Assembly (NCBI RefSeq): GCF_006345805.1 | Contig: NW_021833855.1 | Location: 1-53,073 of the forward strand | From: Octopus sinensis | Lineage: Eukaryota | Length of the DNA stretch: 53,073 nt | Direction: 5' to 3' | The notes under the pieces: generated by a model | Told to the model about the DNA's origin: nothing | Database searches by the model: none | What the model saw: only the letters and a program-made list of their open reading frames with translations | Position numbers and translations under genes: made by a program | Part shown: one piece after another, positions 1-10,974 of the stretch | How positions within the stretch are numbered: position 1 is the first letter of the stretch | Layout: the number at the start of each line of letters is the position of its first letter

Positions 1-559
1 ACAAAATGAATTCTGTCCATCTCATGGACTTATGAATACTACGAAGCTCATACAAGCAAAAAAAACTGGCAAAAAAATATACAAAGTAACATAAATATAA
101 TAAATTTGATAGCAATGTGTAAAAATGGGACAAATACAACAACTGATGTAGTTTTTTAGTTCATATCATCTATAGAGTTGAGTCGTCGAAATATATAGAT
201 GACTTTTGGACAAGAGAAGTCCTCAATAAGCGTTTTAAAGTGTATTTCTTATTGGCATTATATTCAGAATATTGGTATTTCCAACAACAATAAACTAAAA
301 ATTCACCTATTTATTAATAAAATATTTTAAATAATTTATAAACCATTGTGGTTTTCCTTCAATTGCTTGGAATTTTTAGATTAGAATTTGGTGAGTAAAA
401 GAAATAATAAATATTGCATCTTCCATTAAAAAAATTTTAAGATTTTTAAAAATTCATTTAAGTGATTATGAATAAATATTTGAAACATTTATTTAAAAAA
501 CCAAAATGTTAGCTAAAATAATCAATTGGAATTTTTTGCGTGATCATTGTTCCATATTT

Positions 560-1420
560 TTTTTACATTTTTATTATGTCGCGAGCCGTGAGTGAAATTG
601 AGCTCAGACTGAAACCATGACAGCTGTCATAAATGCCAATCTTTATCAAAACTATAATAATCAAATATTTTTCAAGGAAACATTAACTAATTATTTTTAA
701 GTATCTTTTTAAGGCGTTTAAAATGCACTTTCCTCACTAATCATCACTTCTTTAACATTGATAAAATTGATGGAAAATCTTTCAACAATAGTGGCAGAAT
801 CTCTATATGGATGTTCAAACCTTTGCAGAGATAGTGAGGAATTAGTTCCATAGTCCTTCTGAATAAAAGTTTTTATGTAACTATAAATTAGATACATTAT
901 CTTTGATATTAAATTCATATTTCGATCGATAGACGGCCATCTTTTTATTCATCCTTTTATAATAAGCAGAATTCAGGACTACCCGAAGAAAATCAAATTT
1001 GTAATCGCCTTTAGTAAAATTATAAAGATAACACCTACGGAAAAATAAAAGCACAAATTTACCTGTGGATGAGTGAGGCGTTTGATTATATAAAACACAG
1101 CCTTTCGAATGTGCTTTATCCATTCTTTCTTGTCAGCCAAAGCCATGACAGCTGTCAGTGATATCGTTTTCTGGATATGTATCATTTTCTGGATACGTAA
1201 AGTGTAAAAATTCTTCTTTTTATGAGATCTGAGATCTTGAATTGATCTTTAATTTATTCCAAATACTTTTAAATGGTCTACCTTAGTAGGCTCTTCTATG
1301 CTTTTTTCCTATTTGCCATGCTGAAAACATTTGATATTGTATCCACTGACACTTTTTTCAAGATACGCAAGCTATCCGTGTGGCCGGAGGTTAACACTTG
1401 AACTCTTTAATAGTGTTTAA
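560..1420 (-). CDS. Unidentified spliced protein-coding gene or remnant; boundaries approximate
   Basis: Minus-strand micro-intron CAG|gtaaat...ccgtag|GT at 1035-1062 (28 nt), overlapping short ORFs, and a DSCHGF-encoding segment that occurs twice (~620, ~1150). The frame and product could not be resolved. Confidence 0.3.
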
Positions 1421-2254
1421 TTGCTAAAAAAGATAACTAAATAAGACTTTGTTTTTTAGCGTTAATTTTTTATTTGCTTCACTATAAAATACACCAATTT
1501 CGTCAGCATTATAAACATTTTCAAAGTAACATACATTTATTTTTAAAAAAAATAAATTTTTAAGCTCCGATTTCTTCTTTGATCTTATCCGGAATAATTC
1601 CCAATTCAACATGAAAAATTCTTAATTTTAAATTATGCCTTTTTAGGACTTTTCAAGCTATCTTTATTGGATTTGAATTCAGAGAGACAGTTTAAAGCAG
1701 TAAATTCAGTTTCTTTCGATAAAATTATTTTACAATTGAAACAAACACCAATAGACTAATCTATCCAGGTAATTATTTCAAATTTATTTGATGAATATCA
1801 AAGTATCGAAAAACGATAACTTCTACAATAAATTGGATTAATTCCAAGAATCTTCTATTTGTTTAATTTAAGATTGTTAATTGCAAACCTCGAAATTGAT
1901 TTTTTACAAACGCGACGAAAACATAGAGAAGAGTTATCAACAAAATAATGAACAATTTCAACTTTTTAAACACAAGATAATCTGCAGAATTTCGTCTTAC
2001 AAAAAAGATATGCAATATGAATATTTGAAAACCATTTTTAAACATGGCAAGTGAGAAAATTTGGGCAAGAAAAAGAATTTTTTACGTAAAAATGCCATTT
2101 TTTACCAAAAAAGGAGAATTATAGAAACGGCGAGCAATCGATGATAAATTTAATTCAAATTTCATTATGAGACACGGTCACTACAGTCCTGAATTTAGTG
2201 GTAAAAAAAAGAAAGAAAATTAAATTTAAATCTCAAAAGCATGTTCATATAATC

Positions 2255-2889
2255 ATCTATTACCTCCGGGATACTGAGGATTATTTGGAGTAGAATTAAC
2301 CGTAAAATTATACTAAAAATTGTCCCAAATCACTTCCACCTGAGAAGGATTCATTGCCATTCTTTTTGATGGAGTCGATTCGTTAGTTGAAGAGTACCCT
2401 GCCTGGTTGGGCATTCCATGAGGCTGGCCAATCAGGTTGTGGATTGCGTATGGATTGCTTGCAAGGGATTGTTCTGATGTCATCACCACAGGCATCAAAA
2501 TTGAGTTGGCAGGACCCCGGATTGGTGCAGTTGAAGCTATTTAAATATTTAAAATAAATATTTATAATATAATTTAATATATAATACAATTATTTGAAAA
2601 TGTTGCCTGAGCTTGTAGTTGATAGTATTGGTTGAGGTAATGCCGACGCTCACGTGTGTGGCCTGTCACTGCCTTTGATGCCCCAAGTTTAGCCCGCCAT
2701 GACTATAAGCGGGAAATAAATGAGAATTTATGCCTGATCGAGTTCAACAAGGATCTGTTCGTCAAGACCTTCGTTGATGAAGAGATCTTTGACATTTGTG
2801 AGGACATTGCTAATTACTGATTGGTAGAAGTGAAGCTATATAAAAGAAAGAAAAAAAGAGCAACATACAACTGGATTAGAGCCTGACAT
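2255..2889 (-). CDS. GTF2A1: TFIIA large subunit (GTF2A1/TOA1-like), N-terminal alpha region only
   Basis: Spliced translation MSGSNPV|LHFYQSVISNVLTNVKDLFINEGLDEQILVELDQ|SWRAKLGASKAVTG matches the conserved TFIIA-L N-terminus (LYRSVIEDVINDVRDIFLDDGVDEQVLMELKTLWENKL). Introns at 2836-2868, 2703-2733 (GC-AG) and ~2537-2587. A low-complexity P/N/Q/S tail follows; the stop position is uncertain (2313, ~2255 or ~2181). Confidence 0.8.
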
Positions 2890-3235
2890 CGCAATTCACT
2901 GCTTATATAACAACGATCGAAATTAATAAAATCTATTTAATAGGTTAACCAGACTATAAACTAAATATATATTAATAAATTACACAATTGTTAATATAAA
3001 TAAACAAATGAGAAAGAACCCAAATAAGATAAATTAATAAATTTTTTTTTGCGATAGAAAATATATGCCTACAGATTTACTATATAATCTATGAGCCGAA
3101 AGAAAATAAATAAAAAGAAATATAATTTTATTTAAAAATAATATATTAATTAAATATATTAATTAGAATAAATAATAAAATTTATTACTTACCTGCGTTG
3201 TGGTTAATTTCTTTTGTGATTAAATCTTTTCGAAA

Positions 3236-4017
3236 ATGCATTTGGATGATCTGCCAGATTATATGTCCGACGATATATTCATTAAATGGTTAATTAAATC
3301 AAACATAATTTCTTAGCGACAACATAAAGCCAGGATTACTAACAAGATCAGGCCGTATAAAGCTAGAAATATATCAAAAAACAGAACTATCTAACCAAAA
3401 CAACCAGAAAATCCATCAATCCAAACGTTCACTACAAGATCAAAGACTAAATGAAGGACTAAACAAACCCCTACCACCAGAAAACGTGGGATTCAAACTC
3501 CTTTGCAAAATGGGGTACCAACCTGGGAAGGGACTTGGCCTAACAAAGGGAATTGTGGAGCCACTGCCAGTAGAAATCCCCCAAGGCAAGTCTGGCGTGG
3601 GATTTGCCACAGAAAATAAATTAAAATTAAAAATAAACTCAAAAATAAGTTTATAAACAACCAAGAATTAAAAATGAATTTCAAATCATCAAAAACAGCG
3701 AAATTTTCAATCAATTTATTAAAACGTTTTTTAAGTGCGCAAAAAAGCTGTGAAAATCTTGATCTGTCGGCGGGGGTTGAGAGGCCTGTTTGGGACTATT
3801 TCTGGCCGGGTTGTCTGCCTCAGGATAATGAGGAGTTGGAGGTCGGCTGGGGGAGATTGTGGGGTATCTCCGGTCGACTTATTTGTATTGTTTTTTGTGT
3901 GGAATTAGCTTTAATGGTGGGTTATTAATTTTTATTTTTTTGTAGATTTTGATGATGATGGAGAATTGTCCAGGCGATGTTGATAACATACTGATTGGGA
4001 TTGATTTATATTTTTAA
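3236..4017 (+). CDS. GPATCH11: G-patch domain-containing protein 11 (CCDC75-like), with apparent frameshifts
   Basis: N-terminus DYMSDDIF, G-patch ENVGFKLLCKMGYQPGKGLGLTKGIVEPLPV..GKSGVG, SAQKSCENLD, and C-terminal YLRSTYLYCFLCGISF..ENCPG. Micro-introns at ~3289-3316 and ~3917-3945. About three indels are needed to restore the frame. Confidence 0.8.
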
Positions 4018-4163
4018 TATATTTTTTAATATATTTTTGTCATTATTTGTAGTTTTTATTAGTTTTTTACTTACATAGAGTGGCCAAAAATATGGTCCCA
4101 CATCGAGGTAGTATATAATCAAAGAATTTATTGTTATTTTAATAATTAAATAATATTAATAAA

Positions 4164-5905
4164 TTAATTATTTATATTATATTTAAAATAATGGAAATGT
4201 GCGTCAATAGTCTCGAATATTGTGAGAGCATCTTGTTCTCCGTTAACCCAAACCTCAACTTGTTTATAATAATTCTACAAAATATATTTAATCATACTTT
4301 TAAATCATTTTCATTATTTCTATAATTTAAAATTTTTTTATTTATTTCATTTTTTGAATTTTTGGGATTATAAATCAATCTTTTTGAAATTTTTACAGAT
4401 TCAGGTTGATGTGTGGACAAATTATAATTCTTCCCAGTGACCGGATCTGTCCTCTTTGATGTCCCCCTCTCCATCACCGTCTCATCGGTAACTTCAAAGA
4501 AGAAAACCCTTTGATCCCCTCAATCAAACATCCTTACTTATACGGATTTATACTCGAATCATTAAGCAAACGCGCCTCATTTTCTGTTTCAGGAAAATTA
4601 TAAATAATCCATCCTTTCATCAAACAGTCACGTTTATTCAAACGATCCACAAGACAACGAACCTTCAAAGAAGAGGGGACTTGACTGCTTTACACACAAT
4701 TTACTTGGAGTCCCATCTTGGTAGTACTCACTCATGAGTTCTCCAAGGCGGTCTTCCTTTGATCTCTTGTAAAATCAATAAATTTACAGAAACTATTAAA
4801 ATGATTTAAAAATAAAAATTACTTTTTACAAGTCCATATCGTTTAGATAGCATGTCCCCGATTGTTGATTTCCGACTGCATGTGGGTCCGATAAGGACAA
4901 TTTTTGTACACGGGGAGCAGGGCTTAGTTGTTGCCAATTTATATAGCAAAATACTAAAAAGTTTAGAAGGTTGATTGCCTTCTTGGAGGACATCTTGGAA
5001 GGGTTGGTTGGAGTTTATCCTTTTAAGAGACCGACAGGATGATTCGAATTGAGTTTTATTACGGTGATATTCGACTAGGGAGTTCAGTAGTTCCTCATTT
5101 TTATATTTTAAAGGATGTTCAAGTCCTTCAATGTCCTCAAGTGGAGGGTCGTACAACAAGTTATATGTTTCTAAAAATTTTATATAAAAATAAATATAAT
5201 TAAAATATAGTATTTAAAAAATTAATTAATTAAACTTCCTGTCGAATTGTCATATCTAGTATTCTCAGCACGTGTAATAAGAAATCCATCCTCTTGTGTA
5301 GTAAGGTGGACTATAAATTAAATTCAAGTCAATTTTTACCGACATGAGTAGGAAAGACTCCAATTGACTGAATGTTCTGAAGGACTGTCTTGCAGTCAAG
5401 GACCCCATCAATGACCCACCCACGAATTCTGCAATCAAATTGGTCAGTTCGGTCAGAAATCATTTTTGCTATCAATTCTAATGGCACAGACTAAAAATAA
5501 TAAAATCTAACCAAACCTCATTATTAGTCACGTACTTGCTGATTATTTCTCTTGTTTTGTAATTAGCGTCATCTATGAGGGACTTGTCGGTGATTAAAAC
5601 TAAATTTAGTTCCTCATGAAGTCTTTGGGCTACTGAGGACTTTCCAGATGCCGGGGGACCAAATAAAACGACGCGGAGAGCTTTGGGTTAAGACAGTGAT
5701 TACTATCAGGTTTAATGTAGTCGATTTGATTGAGTAAAAAGTCAACTGGATTGTCTGGTTTGTTTATTATTAAGCTCTGCATCATTGCCTGGGTGTATTT
5801 AATGGTTATATAAACTTCAAAAAAGTCAAATAATTTGTTTTTTTCTGCATATTCTATAAATTCTTTTGGTATTTGTAATGGTCGAGAACATTGATCCATA
5901 GACAT
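4164..5905 (-). CDS. AK8: Adenylate kinase 8 (ciliary; Dpy-30-like docking domain plus two AK domains), multi-exon
   Basis: IPKEFIEYAEKNKLFDFFE|AMMQSLIINKPDNPVDFL; first P-loop VVLFGPPASGKS; GWVIDG; second P-loop IVLIGPTCSRKST; lid RTDPVTGKNYNL. Many ~25-35 nt GT-AG introns. Confidence 0.85.
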
Positions 5906-5915
5906 TAATTTTTTA

Positions 5916-5928
5916 GTCTCTTAGCAAT
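5916..5928. promoter_or_regulatory. X-box-like (RFX) motif upstream of AK8
   Basis: GTCTCTTAGCAAT, one mismatch from the 13-bp X-box variant GTCTCTTAGCAAC, 10 nt upstream of the AK8 ATG. Confidence 0.45.
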
Positions 5929-6372
5929 ATTATTCTATTAATATTAATTTTTTATCATTAGTAAAATATGATTAAAAAGTTGATTTTTGAATCTTTCTAC
6001 AAACAAAACATCCTAATAAATCTAACTTTCTATCTCTAGGGTCACTGAAGTATTTAACAATACAAATAAGTCTTTGTTTGAATTCATAAAACATGCTTTC
6101 TAATTTATTGATAAGATAAACTTAACTATATATGCTGCTTAAACAAATTTATTGCATTCTACCAAATCTATTAAACGTGATTATTTTCATATTGAACTTG
6201 AAATAACATTTTTGAAAATTTACAGCAAATTTGATATACGGTGACATATGCCGATACAACCAGTAATATTTGCTAAAACTATTGTTAATTAAGATTGTTT
6301 TCTGATATTATAAATACTTTTTAATTATTTGTTGTGTTGGCTATTTATGATTAGGTTTTTGAATAAATATTA

Positions 6373-6386
6373 GTTTCCATAGTATC
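6373..6386. promoter_or_regulatory. X-box-like (RFX) motif upstream of IFT20
   Basis: GTTTCCATAGTATC, one mismatch from GTHNYYATRRNAAC, 11 nt upstream of the IFT20 ATG. Confidence 0.5.
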
Positions 6387-6397
6387 AATAAGCAAAC

Positions 6398-6892
6398 ATG
6401 ATTTCACAAATTACAAAAGATTTGATGGAAAAAACAGGACTCAACTTTGATGAATTCGGTCAAATTCGAGTAATAGATTCTCAACTAACCACTAATTCCG
6501 AAGATCTAAAAAACTTGTGTTCTGAATTCACTGATGGTATGTTTCTGTATATCAATTCTGTAGCAGTAAAAGATTTTAAAGTGAGCGCAGTAGAATATAT
6601 TGAATTATTTCAAAAACTTTCGAAAGCAATAGATAAAACTAAATCTAAGGTTTGGGACAAATATTAATGGACATTAAAGGTAAATGAAAAAAAGAATATT
6701 TTAAAATCTTTTGAAAAAAATAAAAAAATTCGAGCTCAAAAATACATTGAGAAAATTGAAGAGCAAAAAACAATTCTTGATCGGTGACTATCAATTTTTA
6801 TATATTTCAGACTTAAACTTGAAATGAATTATCTCAACAAATTAGAAGATACACAAAATGATTTTTTAAATGAACTACTTAAACATTATTAA
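6398..6892 (+). CDS. IFT20: Intraflagellar transport protein 20
   Basis: GLNFDEFGQIRVID matches IFT20 GLHFDELNKLRVLD. Removing introns 6537-6563 (27 nt), 6650-6679 (30 nt) and 6784-6810 (27 nt) gives an open coiled-coil ORF ending EDTQNDFLNELLKHY*. Confidence 0.9.
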
Positions 6893-7744
6893 TAAAAAAT
6901 TTATTTTTTGTTCGTTAATAGAGAGATGAGAAAAAGGAGAAATAGATGGATCTTGCGAAGAATATCTTACCATTGTAAGAGCAATTTCTGACTGTAGTTA
7001 AAATAAAGATTTACTTAATAAAAATAATTTTTATTCAAAAATTAACTCACAAAATAGCTAGTTTGTATATTGATGCTCACCAATCCAGTCTTTCTAACAT
7101 TTACTCAGAAGTGATGCTAGATGATATCTTGTGGAAGTCTACAAAGCCATAGAAGTAAAAGAAGCTATATAGAGTGCCCTATTTTGTTTACTCCAAAAGT
7201 TTGATAATTTAAAAATTTAATAGTTTATTAGTTTAATTATTTAATATGAAGCAATAATTGAACTTAGTCTGTGCATAGTTGTCTGAGACTCATCATTTTT
7301 AACAGACTGCTTGTACTTGTGTGCCAAAATTAGTTCAATTAAAGAACAGCCAATAGTATTTTTAAGCCAATAGTATTGCTGAACTTCAACGGATTCATTC
7401 GCAAGAAAAAAATTTTGGAGTGATTGGTCTTGGGGCGAATATTTTTGATTTATAGATTAGAATAATACAAAAAATGGGGGTTACAATTCCTTCGGTTTAC
7501 TTACTCGATGACTAAAATTTAAAAGAAAATATTAATACAATCAAGATGGGAAGATTACTGAAAATTCGTATAATAAAGCAATGATATATATTAACTGCAT
7601 CTTATTCCTAAATTAATGATGTATAACTTTATAATTTTGTACTTATTAAATCTAGAAACGCAAGATCCAAATGATCTTAAAAAACTAAAAACGTAATTAA
7701 AAAATAAGATGTTTATTTATAATTTGGTGCCAAATTAAAGATAA

Positions 7745-7960
7745 GAAAATTGCAAAGTATGCTTTCTTGGTGGAGACTTGTTGCTTGGACTCCTGGCTTT
7801 TGAAAGCAGCGGGGTAATTGGTCAAATAGCTCTAAAATTCCTCTCAGAGATTGCTTTAATTATCTCAAAAAGGGGTCACAACAGTCACGGAAAGGTCTGG
7901 CATTTTCAAACGGATATCGTTCGAGATATTACGTGGAAATTGCCTGTCTATCCGCCGGGC
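7745..7960 (+). mobile_element. Degenerate 3' end (RLE domain) of a CRE-like retrotransposon
   Basis: KIAKY..LAFESSGVIGQIALKFLSEIA resembles the C-terminal RLE motif of the CRE copies elsewhere in the window. Related pieces lie at ~13847-13910 (+) and ~18895-18950 (-). Confidence 0.5.
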
Positions 7961-8099
7961 GTGAAATTCAAATTAAACTTTTCTCTTCTTCATTAATCTA
8001 TATAATAAAACACTAAGTTGTGTGTCTGTCTGTCTGTCTGTCCGTGTACACTTATATATCTAAAAAAGGAAATGTGTAAGATAAAGAAGATGAATTCAA

Positions 8100-9380
8100 A
8101 CTCTTCAAAGAGATCGGTCCCTTAGGAACATGAAATCAATAAAGAGCTTAAAAAAGATATTCATGAGATAATGAAGGTGATTTGACCTCATGATGAGGTC
8201 CCCCAAAACCTTCAAGCCAAAAAATTAAAAAAAATTATTTTCTGCGTTTTTGTTAAAATGAACAACAAGAAAGTCCTCGACTCACATGATGAGGTCCCCC
8301 AAAACCTTCAAGCCAAAAAATTAAAAAAAATTATTTTCAGGTGATTCGACCTCTTCACGAGATCGGTCCCTTAGGAACATTAAATCAATAAAGAGCTTAA
8401 ATAGGATATTCATGAGATAATGAAGGTGATTCGACCTCTTCACGAGATCGGTCCCTTAGGAACATTAAATCAATAAAAAGCTTAAATAGGATATTCATGA
8501 GATAATGAAGGTGATTCGACCTCTTCACGAGATCGGTCCCTTAGGAACATTAAATCAATAAAGAGCTTAAATAGGATATTTCATGAGATAATGAAGGTGA
8601 TTCGACCTCTTCACGAGATCGGTCCCTTAGGAACATTAAATCAATAAAGAGCTTAAATAGGATATTTCATGAGATAATGAAGGTGATTCGACCTCATGAT
8701 GAGGTCCCCCAAAACCTTCAAGTCAAAAAATTAAAAAAATTTATTTTCTGCGTTTTTGTTAAAATGAACAACAAGAAAGTCCTCGACTCACATGATGAGG
8801 TCCCCCAAAACCTTCAAGCCAAAAAATTAAAAAAAATTATTTTCAGGTGATTCGACCTCTTCACGAGATCGGTCCCTTAGGAACATTAAATCAATAAAGA
8901 GCTTAAATAGGATATTCATGAGATAATGAAGGTGATTCGACCTCTTCACGAGATCGGTCCCTTAGGAACATGAAATCAATAAAGAGCTTAAAAAAGATAT
9001 TCATGAGATAATGAAGGTGATTTGACCTCATGATGAGGTCCCCCAAAACCTTCAAGCCAAAAAATTAAAAAAAATTATTTTCAGGTGATTCGACCTTTCC
9101 ACGAGATTGGTCCCTTAGGAACATTAAATCAATAAAAAGCTTAAATAGGATATTCATGAGATAATGAAGGTGATTCGACCTTTCCACGAGATCGGTCCCT
9201 TAGGAACATTAAATCAATAAAGAGCTTAAATAGGATATTCATGAGATAATGAAGGTGATTCGACCTCTTCACGAGATCGGTCCCTTAGAAAATTATAATT
9301 TTTAAAAAGTCAAAAAGATACTCATAATAATAATAATGTAAATGATTCGACCTTTTCGTTAGATCGGTTCCCTTAAGAAA
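8100..9380. repeat. Higher-order tandem repeat inside the Helitron
   Basis: ~85-bp unit GAAGGTGATTCGACCTCTTCACGAGATCGGTCCCTTAGGAACATTAAATCAATAAAGAGC... interleaved with a ~60-bp unit GACCTCATGATGAGGTCCCCCAAAACCTTCAAG... and a ~50-bp unit. Confidence 0.9.
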
Positions 9381-10604
9381 TCAAAATTTAAAAAGGAAAT
9401 TCGTGATTGATTTTTAATGTTTTAAATTAGGAAGTTATTCACCGAACCTAATCTTTCCAAAATTAGAAAGTTTCACGTATAAATATCAATCTGAAATAAA
9501 ATCCTACTTCCAGGCTAACTATTTTCATTGCTATCTGTGCGCGCATGCAAAATTAAGTAATGGTAATTAGTTAACAATTGTGCAAATTTGAATTTTCAAC
9601 ATTACTCATTATAGATATCCACAAAAATAAATACCTCTCCCCCTTAACAGAACTTCAAACGATCAAAATTTAACAATAACTAACGTTTTTGTCAATAAAT
9701 TACTTTTTAACAATATTTCATTATTGAGGATGCTATCAGAGGATTAACTCTATTTCCCTTGAGATATAGAAGATATTAGTTGTTAATTATAGATTGTTTC
9801 ATTTGTAAGATGTTTAAATCAAAAGTGTTTGTAGAATCTGCCAACAACATCGCAAGTCGAAACTACAGTCACCAATTCACTTTGAAATTGTTATTAATCT
9901 TAATAAATTAAATGGATATACGGTCGTATTTATGTGAATTCTCAATCATCTATATAATTATGAAATAAATAGATTATAAATTTGAAGTAGATAGTTTCAA
10001 TTAAGGTTTTTCCAGGTTTAGAATTAAAAACTTCCAATTTTAGAAAATTTGATAAATATCTAAATTAAGATGTTTCCATTTTAGGAAATTTTATTTGTAT
10101 TAATATAAAAAGATCCGTAAAAATAGTATAATATAGTTTGTTACATAGAAAATAAACATTTCAATAGCAATAGTATAATATAGATAAGAATGTCTGAATT
10201 GAGAACACAATAAATTCAGAAATACAAAAACAAAAGACAAGAAATCGGAAGAAAGAGAGTTTGGGGGGAGAGGAATAATCAAAAAAATTGGTATCTAATA
10301 GTGAGGATTTGGAAATTATAAATGAGCATAAAATAACTAATACTAGCTTACTAAATTTTGCAATATGCGCTAATAGTATGGAATTAGAAAGCTTGCACCA
10401 AAGCCATAAAAACAAATATCAAAAATTTCTGAGAACAGGAATGAAAATAGTGATTTAACAAAAATTGATAAAGTAAATCACAACTTGACAAAGTAATAAA
10501 AATTTTAATCTATTTTAATAGATATTTGAACAAAGAAAAGAAATAAACAAAAGACAAATGCAGAAAAAAGGAAAAACGAATCTATACAAACAAAAATTAT
10601 TCGA

Positions 10605-10950
10605 AAAGAAAACAACAGACAAAGGAAGACGATTGCAAGAAGTCAAGAAACAGAAGAAGAAAAATTAACAGAAAAGAAAACGACAGACAAAGGAGGACGA
10701 TTGCAAGAAGTCAAGAAACAGAAGAAAGAAAAATTAACAGAAAAGAAAACGACAGACAAAGGAGGACGATTGCAAGAAGTCAAGAAACAGAAGAAAGAAA
10801 AATTAACAGAAAAGAAAACGACAGACAAAGGAGGACGATTGCAAGAAGTCAAGAAACAGAAGAAAGAAAAATTAACAGAAAAGAAAACGACAGACAAAGG
10901 AGGACGATTGCAATCAAGAAACAGAAGAAAGAAAAATTAACAGAAAAGAA
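10605..10950 (+). repeat. 69-bp coding repeat (~5 units) giving 23-aa STPR-like repeats at the RepHel N-terminus
   Basis: The unit translates as ETEERKINRKENDRQRRTIARSQ in the frame consistent with Helitron ET.E.R repeats. Confidence 0.75.
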
Positions 10951-10974
10951 ACAAACAGAATAAGAAACGTTACA

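Noticed and set aside
979-1185. PH-domain call from ADKKEWIKHIRKAV
   Set aside because: An alternative frame with a repeated DSCHGF motif is equally plausible, so it cannot be decided by eye.
3236-4017. GPATCH11 as a pseudogene or programmed frameshift
   Set aside because: The breaks fall in homopolymers or short repeats, as do others in the window. Assembly indel error is the simpler explanation pending raw reads.
8100-9380. CRISPR-like array
   Set aside because: Units repeat in full with no unique spacers, there are no cas genes, and the context is a eukaryotic Helitron.
10643-10940. Listed repetitive ORFs as independent genes
   Set aside because: They are alternative frames of the 69-bp Helitron repeat.
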